From contig CBDDDG010000012.1 in assembly GCA_965226555.1 (NCBI GenBank), positions 96,001 to 160,000 on the forward strand: a DNA stretch of 64,000 bases. Reading direction: 5' to 3'. The notes beneath the pieces are model-generated. The model was not told where the DNA came from, did no database searches, and saw only the letters and a list, made by a program, of their open reading frames with translations. Positions 50,477 through 58,654 of the stretch are shown here, in pieces (positions within the stretch are counted from its first letter, which is position 1; each line of letters begins with the position of its first letter). The translations under genes were made by a program, and so were the position numbers. The DNA comes from Salinispira sp. GTDB lineage: Bacteria; Spirochaetota; Spirochaetia; DSM-27196; Salinispiraceae.

Positions 50477-51321
50477 TAATCTTTACCATTGTTCTGGTGG
50501 CTCTCATACTTACGGTTGCAGGGATATTGTTATTTTCTCCCCCCCGAAATGAGACATCGGAAGCGGCAGATATTTCCTTTGATCCCTATAGCTACATTCG
50601 CAGGGAGGATAATGGATTATCGGAAGGCGCCAGCGTGACTTCGGTTCCCGATAATCCGGAAAAATTGGCTGCTCAGGAATCTCCTGCCCAGAACCCCGAT
50701 GAGATTCTCGTATTCCGTCAGCAGCAAATGTACGGACAGCAGCCGCCGCAGCCGGGGCAAGCGGTTTCAGCGCAGCCGCCGAGACAGCAGCCGGGGCAAG
50801 GGGTTTCAGCGCCGCCGCAGTCGGTGCCGGTGTACGGGCAGACGGCTTCGGAATCTATTCAGGAAAATCTGATGAGAGATGATTCTGACAGGAAATCTGA
50901 AAAATCTGATAATACAGAACGAAATATCACCGCCAAACAGAATGCCCGCTGGTCTTCAGAAAAACCGGTAATTTTTCAGACAGCTTCGTCGTCAGCTCCT
51001 GCCCGCACTTCGCCCGCCCTCATTCACTCTGTCTCCTCTGATAATTCTCCCAATAATCAGAATCCTCCAAAGACAGCACGACGCTACTGGATACAGCTCA
51101 TCGCGAGTAGTAATCGGCAGGCAATAATGGATGCGGGAGAAACACTTCGTACCATGGGTATTCGGGGAAAGGTCAGTACCCGAAAATGGAACGATACGCT
51201 GTATTATCGCATTCGTTACGGCCCCTTCAATGTGCTTGAGGAAGCGGAAAAATTTCTCGTGTGGTTTCGGGATATTGATGCATACGCAGGGGCATATATT
51301 TCCATAGAGTACAATAATTGA
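50452..51321 (+). CDS. Membrane-anchored SPOR-domain protein
   Basis: N-terminal TM, Q/P-rich linker, YWIQL.AS...YYRIRYGPF. Confidence 0.85.
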   Translation: MGENKVYVIIFTIVLVALILTVAGILLFSPPRNETSEAADISFDPYSYIRREDNGLSEGASVTSVPDNPEKLAAQESPAQNPDEILVFRQQQMYGQQPPQPGQAVSAQPPRQQPGQGVSAPPQSVPVYGQTASESIQENLMRDDSDRKSEKSDNTERNITAKQNARWSSEKPVIFQTASSSAPARTSPALIHSVSSDNSPNNQNPPKTARRYWIQLIASSNRQAIMDAGETLRTMGIRGKVSTRKWNDTLYYRIRYGPFNVLEEAEKFLVWFRDIDAYAGAYISIEYNN

Positions 51322-51399
51322 GTTTGCGGGCATCCCCGGGGCGGTGAGTCCTGCGGGCTGCTGTGCTGTGAATCGGTGCTTTCGGTTCCGAAGATATGA

Positions 51400-52347
51400 T
51401 CAAATATAAAATTCGGCTGCCTGAAATTTTTTCTGTGTAATTGTGTGCGCCGGATCCTTGTTATAAATTCGGCTTTCGGCCGGAATAGAATGGGTGAGCC
51501 ATACGTTACCGCCAATTACTGAATTTCTGCCGATGACAGTTTCTCCCCCGAGAATGGTTGCGCCGGAGTACATTGTTACATTATCTTCAATGGTGGGGTG
51601 GCGCTTCTGCGCGGCTGCAGGGGGGGCTAGTTTTTTGACTGAGAGGGCTCCGAGGGTCACTCCCTGATATATTTTAACATTGTTGCCAATTACCGTTGTT
51701 TCCCCAACTACCACACCGGTACCATGGTCAATGAACAGCGATGAGCCGATTTTTGCCCCGGGATGAATGTCGATACCTGTTTTGCCATGAATTATCTCAC
51801 TCATTATACGGGGAATAAGGGGGATATCGTGAACCCACATTTGATGCGCTATGCGGTACACAATGATGGCCTCAATTCCGGGATAGGCGAGAATAATTTC
51901 TTCATGGGAACGGCTGGCAGGGTCACCCTGAAATGCAGCTTCAACATCTTGATTAATTAATATCCGAATATCCGGCAGTTTTGAGAGGATATTCAGGGTG
52001 AGTTTTTCAGCCCTCGTTTTACATTCGTGAAGTTCCCGATTATTGTTGCTGCATGCGCATTGGCTGTTTCCGGAAATTCTCCGTTCAAAGCAGATGCTTT
52101 TTGTTATTTCTTTCGAGAGGGTTTTAAGCGTCCGGTTAAGCCGCTCTCCGACAATGAACGAAAGATTCACCGAGTCCAGCGGCTCCTCCGACTTAAAGCC
52201 CGGAAAAATAAGCCCCTCAAGATCAGAAATGATGTTCTCTATACTCAGCCGGCTTGGGAGATTGCTCCCCTGAATATGATTCACCCCCCCAATTTCCCGG
52301 TAGTTGGCAAGAAGCTGTTCCATAAGATGTGAAAGATTATCCATCAT
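51400..52347 (-). CDS. cysE: Serine O-acetyltransferase
   Basis: GDPA, TGIDIHPGAKIG, FIDHGTGVVVGET, KRHPTI. Confidence 0.93.
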   Translation of the reverse strand: MMDNLSHLMEQLLANYREIGGVNHIQGSNLPSRLSIENIISDLEGLIFPGFKSEEPLDSVNLSFIVGERLNRTLKTLSKEITKSICFERRISGNSQCACSNNNRELHECKTRAEKLTLNILSKLPDIRILINQDVEAAFQGDPASRSHEEIILAYPGIEAIIVYRIAHQMWVHDIPLIPRIMSEIIHGKTGIDIHPGAKIGSSLFIDHGTGVVVGETTVIGNNVKIYQGVTLGALSVKKLAPPAAAQKRHPTIEDNVTMYSGATILGGETVIGRNSVIGGNVWLTHSIPAESRIYNKDPAHTITQKKFQAAEFYI

Positions 52348-52589
52348 AATTCATACAATGCTAAAAACTCTTCTCTGTCAACAGATGACCAGAACTCCGT
52401 GCGGGAGCGTCTGGTTCACCGTGCTGGCGAGCGTCGTAACAAAAACGCTTCCTGTTAAGCGAACATGGAAAATAACAGGGCGGTGAATATGAAAGGGAAT
52501 GAAATGGCAGATTTGCACGGATAATATCAACATCTTGATCAATGCAAAAGTTTCTGATAGGATAAACGATGAGAAAAAGGAAATGAAAT

Positions 52590-53657
52590 ATGAAACGTAT
52601 TATATCAAGGTTTTGTAAAATGCAAAACTTTCTATGTCTATTGTGTACTGCATTCTTGCTTGTATCCTGTAATGAATCTGCACAATCGGATTCAGAGGTG
52701 TTTGATTTGGAAAATTATGGTGACGGGCTTTATGCCCAGATAGATACAGAGAAGGGATCAATTCTCCTCCAGCTTGAGTTTGAGAAAGCGCCCCTTACTG
52801 TTATCAATTTTGTTGGACTTGCGGAGGGAACTATTACGCATTCCCGAACAGAAAATGAACCCTTTTACAATGGGCTCACATTTCACCGCGTTATCGATAA
52901 TTTTATGATCCAGGGCGGTGATCCCGAGGGGCAGGGAACAGGGGGGCCAGGTTATCGTTTTCCCGATGAATTTGACCTCAGCCTCGTACATGACAGCCCG
53001 GGTATTCTGTCTATGGCAAATTCGGGGGCGGATACAAACGGCAGCCAGTTTTTCATTACCCATGTAGCGACTCCCTGGCTCGATTACAAACACACGGTTT
53101 TTGGACGTGTTGTTGAGGGTATGGATGTTGTAAACAATATTGAAACGGACAACAGTATTGAAGCTGTGAGCATTTTTCGCCGCGGCAAAGCCGCTGAAAA
53201 TTTCGCAAGCGACCAGAAAGCCTTCGATGCGGCACTGGCACATATACCTGCTCATCAGGCAAATTTTCTTCAGTCGAAAAATTCTGCCGATACCGAACTC
53301 GCCGCTTCAGTACTGCCCGATGCCGAGCAAACTGAGAGCGGTATTTTATATAAAATTGTACAGGAAGGAAGCGGCCGTACTCCGAAGGCCGGCGACATTG
53401 TGAGCATACACTATACCGGAGCCCTTCTTGACGGCCAGGCATTTGATAGTTCTGAAAACCGAGGACCGCTTGAAGTTCCTATTGGGGTTGGGGGTCTTAT
53501 TCCCGGCTGGGATGAAATTGTTCTTCTCATGAAGGAAGGTGAAAAACGAAGTGTTGTTATTCCTCCAGAGCTTGCCTACGGCGCAGTAGGGGCGGGTGGT
53601 GTTATTCCTCCCAATGCTTGGCTGTACTTCGATATTGAACTGCTTGAAGTAAAGTAA
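52590..53657 (+). CDS. Peptidyl-prolyl isomerase lipoprotein (cyclophilin + FKBP)
   Basis: Lipobox LVSC; FHRVIDNFMIQGGDP, SMANSG..TNGSQFFIT; HYTG.L.DG..FDSS, IPPELAYG. Confidence 0.95.
   Translation: MKRIISRFCKMQNFLCLLCTAFLLVSCNESAQSDSEVFDLENYGDGLYAQIDTEKGSILLQLEFEKAPLTVINFVGLAEGTITHSRTENEPFYNGLTFHRVIDNFMIQGGDPEGQGTGGPGYRFPDEFDLSLVHDSPGILSMANSGADTNGSQFFITHVATPWLDYKHTVFGRVVEGMDVVNNIETDNSIEAVSIFRRGKAAENFASDQKAFDAALAHIPAHQANFLQSKNSADTELAASVLPDAEQTESGILYKIVQEGSGRTPKAGDIVSIHYTGALLDGQAFDSSENRGPLEVPIGVGGLIPGWDEIVLLMKEGEKRSVVIPPELAYGAVGAGGVIPPNAWLYFDIELLEVK
52605..52632. mobile_element. Minimal hairpin element inserted in frame (30 bp with TA) in the PPIase signal peptide
   Basis: TA-TCAAGGTTTTGTAAAATGCAAAACTTTC-TA; removal gives MKRIICLLCTAFLLVSC. 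Confidence 0.8.
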
Positions 53658-53660
53658 TTC

Positions 53661-54161
53661 TCAGCATTCGACATTGATCATTCGTGCGGGTACTGATCGG
53701 GTGTACACTGATTTGCGGCTTCGGTAATGCCTGAAGTTGTCAACCTGCTGTTTGAGCTCATCCATGTGCCTGATAAGAAGTTCACGGTTATGGGCATTGT
53801 GGATAAGTGCCTGCTCTCTGAGCTGATGAAGACTGTCATGAAGATGTTTTATGTCTTCTTTTTGATCTGGGTAGATTTTGCGGTACATGGCATCAATCGG
53901 GGTAATTATTTTTTGGATTTCCTGAATATCCCTGATTATCTGATGCTCCATATGCATGTGATTTTCCAGAGCTTCAGTGTTCGCATTGATAATGGCATAT
54001 TCCTGTTTTTCAAGAATGTCAAGATAATGATGAAATTTTTCACGTTGGGCTTCAAGCATCTGCCGCAGGCGGTTAAGAAGCTTTATCCGCTGCTCAATAC
54101 TTTCGGAATCTTTACCATCACCAACCTGAAATTTTTGCGTTCGCGGAAGATTATCTTGCAA
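53661..54161 (-). CDS. flgN: FlgN-like flagellar export chaperone
   Basis: Helical LEKQE.AI...E.HM..E.QI..DI pattern; coupled to fliS. Confidence 0.65.
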   Translation of the reverse strand: MQDNLPRTQKFQVGDGKDSESIEQRIKLLNRLRQMLEAQREKFHHYLDILEKQEYAIINANTEALENHMHMEHQIIRDIQEIQKIITPIDAMYRKIYPDQKEDIKHLHDSLHQLREQALIHNAHNRELLIRHMDELKQQVDNFRHYRSRKSVYTRSVPARMINVEC

Positions 54162-54573
54162 TGTTTACTCCATGCACATTATCACTATTATCAATGGCAG
54201 TACTTCGGGAAATTTCATTCCATGCGGTACGAATTTCAGACATCATATCCCGAACCGTGATGAGCGGTGTCGATTTTTTTTTGAGGTTTCCCTCCATGAG
54301 CTGATCATTAAACCATTGATACACAGAAAACATCTGCGCCGCGAACTGTCCCCCCCTCTCCATATCAAGAGAAACCATAAGCTCTGTAATAATATCCCGG
54401 GCTTTAAGAATTGCAGTGTTTACCTTATCGAGTTCACGGGTATTTTCCCGGAGTAATTCAACAGCTATATCAATTTGTTTAAGTGCTTCATCGTAAAGCA
54501 TAACAATTATCTGACCCTGTCCGGCTGTTTTAACCCGTGTTTGTTTATAGGCATTTGCCTGATAATGCGGCAT
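54151..54573 (-). CDS. fliS: Flagellar chaperone FliS
   Basis: AYKQT.VKTA.QGQIIVMLYD, IITELMVSLDME.GG, IRTAW. Confidence 0.95.
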   Translation of the reverse strand: MPHYQANAYKQTRVKTAGQGQIIVMLYDEALKQIDIAVELLRENTRELDKVNTAILKARDIITELMVSLDMERGGQFAAQMFSVYQWFNDQLMEGNLKKKSTPLITVRDMMSEIRTAWNEISRSTAIDNSDNVHGVNIAR

Positions 54574-54626
54574 ATGTATTCCTCCTCATCCTTTTATCGG
54601 TTTCACTTATCAATTTCGGTTTCGCC

Positions 54627-57128
54627 TTATTCGGCATGATCAATGAGTGTTGAAACGGGAACGATACTGTACCCCTGCTCAAGCAGTCCGTTAATAAGAA
54701 TATCAAGATGCTGAAACAGATAATCCTTTCGTCCGCCATCAATGCGATCATCATCTACTGTCCCGATAGTCATGGATATAACTGAGCCCGGTTTTTTGCT
54801 GTCAATAATCCGCTCAATAAGCTGAGCAGGAGGAAAATACAGTCGCGACCGTCCATTTTCATCATAGGTCGGCACCCAGTCAAGACTATCAACATCTCTG
54901 CTTACGTAAGTATAATTCTGACTTTCACTCGCAGCAAGTACTTCTGGATCAATATAATAATATGGCGCATGCCAGAGAAGGCTCATATCCCTTCCCGTAA
55001 TTTTGAAATACTCATCTTCATTTTCTACAAGCCCCTGACGGATAAAATTGCTGTCTATCTGAAAGCGCGAATCGGACATATCGAAATAGATATTAAACAA
55101 GGAACCTACCTCATGCCTGCTGTGAGCAATTTCCCGAACTGCCTCAGGATAATGACGAATAAAATCTCCAGTAATGAAGAATGTCGCTGTTATATTGTAA
55201 TCATCAAGAACACGGAAAATATCGTTCAGACCAACTACTGAATTGATAGCATTAAATACAAAGGTAACTTCCCGCCGCCGAATACGAGACCCATGAAAAA
55301 AGGGATTCAGACTGAGGGCTGCATCCTCCTCGGGGAATGGTTCGTACGATTTTACCGGCTGACTGAATAGGCTTCTCGTTCTCGGAAAGTTATCATCGCT
55401 GCTAATACTTCTGACCATAATGATATTTGTATATGTTCCGGTCGCAAGGTTCTGAAGATATGTCCGATAGTGCGCATTCGTCTGTATTGCAAATTTACTG
55501 TTGAATTTTTCCCGCACAAACCAGCGGCCGCTTGGCAGATCGGCAGACCGAACGACATTACGTGTTTGTACAAGAATTTCATTGTTCGATGAACTGAATC
55601 CGAGGGAATCGGCGCGCGAAAAGGAAATGAACTTGCGGAGATTTGTACGGAGATCCAATAGTTCAATTTTATCGGCGCCGGCAAGCAATACTTTATTATT
55701 ATTGATATAGGTAAAATGGAGAAGGTATTTATGATTAATGCGCTGTTTGGGGAACCATTCCCGATAATCGTAAATGACGGCATAGTCATCGCTTAACAAT
55801 ACCATTGTATCATCGGTAGAGCCGAAAAAAATGTCTTTCGGTTCGGGGCTTTCCAATTTTTCAAAATTATACGCATCTGTTAAAAGTTCTAGGCGGTACA
55901 GTTCGGCGTTGCGGCTTTCTTCATATATGCCTTCAACCATAATGGTGAGGATGCCGTCCGAAGACCACAATACCTTTTTTACCGTTACATCAAGCGGCAG
56001 ATGAAGATTGGGAATACCAGTGGTAAGTGAATTACCGACATACTTGTTTGTCTGCAGGGGAAGAACATACAATGTTTGCCCCCTCTTGTTTACCAGAATA
56101 TGCGAACTATCCGGAGATACCCAGAAACTATCAAAATTCGACTCAAAGGAAAAAGGAATTCTCCCGACGACCTGACCGATGCGGAGAAATTCCCGGTAGA
56201 AAGAACGTGTGAAGAATTCCACGGAAAGTATCTGATAAAAGATGGTTCCGCTCAGATAGTAGAGTTCATTCTTCTGACCCCACTGAACATTGGACATTGC
56301 CCCTCTGCCAAGCTTCCTGAGTTCCTCACTAAACAAGCGGTCATTTTCAAACTGATTAATACTGAAATAATACAGATCATCACCCTTATGATAAATGACA
56401 AAATCCGATTCCGGGCTCCATTTTACCGGCAGATCATCTAGCTGTAATTCCACATCCGAACTGATAATTGTTCGGGAATTATCGAAAAAGCTTGTGAGAA
56501 CCAAATTTCCGAATGCCGCAGTTTCGTCCTCAAAATGAATCATGTAACGGCCATCGGGGCTTATACTCACCGAACCGATCTTACCTGTCAGGATGTCGGC
56601 TCCCGCTTCAAAACTGGGAAACAAATCTAGGGGGCGAATATCCTCCAGATCGGAGTTGGATCGGAACAGACCAAAGCGGTTTTGAATCTGAATCTGATCA
56701 AGATCGGGGAGATAATCTATCCGCTCAGGAAAAAAGGTCAGCTGTCTGATGACAGCGTTTTCTCCGGCAGCGCCCGGCTCGGCAACAAACGCGGTTTTAT
56801 ATTTCTGATATTCCGGCGGCTCCACCTCCGCCATAAATAAAATCCGATCCTCAGAATCAATAGTAATATCAGAAAATATCACTTCGGCGTGTATGGCATT
56901 GTTCACAAACAATAGAAAAACAGAAAATACTATCAGAAACTTTTGCATTGGAAAATTGTGCTTGCACAATTTCCAGTAGCAAAAGTTTCTGATGGCTGGT
57001 CGGAGGCTGCGCCTCCTGCTCGCCCATGCGTCCGTCAGGAATGCTTTCTTTGTGCTTAGCATTCTCCTATGTTTATAGAAAGTTTTGCATTTTGCAAAAC
57101 TTTGTATCAAAAATAATTGTGTCTTCAA
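54627..57128 (-). CDS. Secreted beta-propeller + polysaccharide deacetylase-like protein; signal peptide interrupted in frame by a mini-element
   Basis: SPDG/WSP repeats; ATFFITG...HEVG...W.APY...DSLDW NodB-like C-terminus. Confidence 0.8.
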   Translation of the reverse strand: MKTQLFLIQSFAKCKTFYKHRRMLSTKKAFLTDAWASRRRSLRPAIRNFCYWKLCKHNFPMQKFLIVFSVFLLFVNNAIHAEVIFSDITIDSEDRILFMAEVEPPEYQKYKTAFVAEPGAAGENAVIRQLTFFPERIDYLPDLDQIQIQNRFGLFRSNSDLEDIRPLDLFPSFEAGADILTGKIGSVSISPDGRYMIHFEDETAAFGNLVLTSFFDNSRTIISSDVELQLDDLPVKWSPESDFVIYHKGDDLYYFSINQFENDRLFSEELRKLGRGAMSNVQWGQKNELYYLSGTIFYQILSVEFFTRSFYREFLRIGQVVGRIPFSFESNFDSFWVSPDSSHILVNKRGQTLYVLPLQTNKYVGNSLTTGIPNLHLPLDVTVKKVLWSSDGILTIMVEGIYEESRNAELYRLELLTDAYNFEKLESPEPKDIFFGSTDDTMVLLSDDYAVIYDYREWFPKQRINHKYLLHFTYINNNKVLLAGADKIELLDLRTNLRKFISFSRADSLGFSSSNNEILVQTRNVVRSADLPSGRWFVREKFNSKFAIQTNAHYRTYLQNLATGTYTNIIMVRSISSDDNFPRTRSLFSQPVKSYEPFPEEDAALSLNPFFHGSRIRRREVTFVFNAINSVVGLNDIFRVLDDYNITATFFITGDFIRHYPEAVREIAHSRHEVGSLFNIYFDMSDSRFQIDSNFIRQGLVENEDEYFKITGRDMSLLWHAPYYYIDPEVLAASESQNYTYVSRDVDSLDWVPTYDENGRSRLYFPPAQLIERIIDSKKPGSVISMTIGTVDDDRIDGGRKDYLFQHLDILINGLLEQGYSIVPVSTLIDHAE
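56933..57104. mobile_element. Hairpin mini-element (long type C, 172 bp + TA = 58 codons, open frame)
   Basis: TA at 56931-32 and 57105-06; both ends match 17406-17531; removal gives MKTQLFLIVFSVFLLFVNNAIHA. Confidence 0.9.
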
Positions 57129-57319
57129 AACTGCTCAATCCTTCGAGGAACAACGATAATTCCGCCATTCTTCACGTGATATTTGCACATGCAAAAGTTT
57201 CTGTATAGATTGTCGGTATATTATGACTGTAGATTTACATCGGGTGGGCACATTTATAGAAAATAATTCTTTTCCAGCGTAGAAAAAAATTCTATTTTCT
57301 GCAATACTATATCAGAATT

Positions 57320-58654
57320 ATGAATGATCGTATTTTAGAAATTCGCAACCTAGCTGCCAATTTTGCTCAGGAAACAATAGATACCAGACGTCATTTACAC
57401 ATGAACCCTGAGCTGTCTTTCAATGAAGTTGAGAGTTCAAAGTACATTGTTTCAAAACTCAGAGAGCTTGACATCCCCGTCAGAAATGCCGACGTCGGTC
57501 ATGGTGTGCTTGCGCAAATCCAGGGGACAAAGCACTCTGCCGGTGGCAGCGTTGGCATCGGCTCTACCGGTGGCAGCGTTGGCAGAGGCTCCTCCGGCAG
57601 CAGCGCAGATGAAAATACCAATAAAAATAACAGAATCGTTGCCCTCCGCGCCGACATAGATGCCCTGCCGATTCAGGAAGAAAACAACATAGAATTTAAA
57701 AGCCGGAACCCGGGGGTCATGCACGCCTGCGGCCACGATGCGCATAGCGCCATTCTCCTATCGGCAGCAAAAATTCTCAAAGAATTACACCGCCATTTCT
57801 CAGGAACTGTTCAACTCATTTTTCAGCCTGCCGAAGAACGCTGCCCGGGCGGCGCATTAGGCCTCATTGATCACGGCGCCTTAGACAATGTTAATCTCAT
57901 TCTTGGTGAACATATTAACCCAGCCCTTCCGGTTGGAACCGTAGGGTTTCGGAGCGGTGCCTCAAATGCAAGCGCCGATGAACTCAATCTGTATGTCCGC
58001 GGCAGAGGCGGCCATGCTGCCATGCCCCATAAACTTATAGACCCGGTGCTCATAAGCAGCCACATCATTGTTGCGCTTCAGCAGATCGTAAGCCGACAGA
58101 GCAGAGCGGATGAACCTTGCGTGCTCAGCTTCGGCAAGATTGATGCCCCCGGCGCCATGAATGTTATCCCCGATACTGTGCGCATTGCGGGAACTTTCAG
58201 GGCCTTCAATGAAAATTGGAGAAATAGAGCGCTGGACAATATACAACATATGGCTGTTTCCATTGCTGAGGGCATGGGCGGCACCTGCGATGTTGAAATT
58301 ACCAGAGGATATCCTGTACTCATTAATAATGATGCCCTTACTCTAAGAGCGCGAGGGGCTGCGGCGCGGTTTCTTGGAGAAAAGCAGGTTGTTGATCTTC
58401 CTCTCGCCATGTGGAGTGAAGATTTCGCCTACTATAACAAAATAGTTCCCGGCTGTTTTTATAATCTTGGTGTAGGTAATACGGAAAAGGGGTGGTCAAG
58501 CCCCCTGCATTCCCCAACCCTCATGATTGATGAGCGGGCGCTTGAGATCGGCAGCGGTCTTATGGCTTGGCTGGCCTTCTCAGAATTGACAGATGATGTG
58601 GATGATGCGGATGATGCGGCTGGCGCGGATGATGATTCAAAACGGGCAGGTTGA
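57320..58654 (+). CDS. M20 family amidohydrolase
   Basis: RRHLH.NPELSF.E, LRADIDALPI, MHACGHD, FQPAEE, SEDF. Confidence 0.93.
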   Translation: MNDRILEIRNLAANFAQETIDTRRHLHMNPELSFNEVESSKYIVSKLRELDIPVRNADVGHGVLAQIQGTKHSAGGSVGIGSTGGSVGRGSSGSSADENTNKNNRIVALRADIDALPIQEENNIEFKSRNPGVMHACGHDAHSAILLSAAKILKELHRHFSGTVQLIFQPAEERCPGGALGLIDHGALDNVNLILGEHINPALPVGTVGFRSGASNASADELNLYVRGRGGHAAMPHKLIDPVLISSHIIVALQQIVSRQSRADEPCVLSFGKIDAPGAMNVIPDTVRIAGTFRAFNENWRNRALDNIQHMAVSIAEGMGGTCDVEITRGYPVLINNDALTLRARGAAARFLGEKQVVDLPLAMWSEDFAYYNKIVPGCFYNLGVGNTEKGWSSPLHSPTLMIDERALEIGSGLMAWLAFSELTDDVDDADDAAGADDDSKRAG

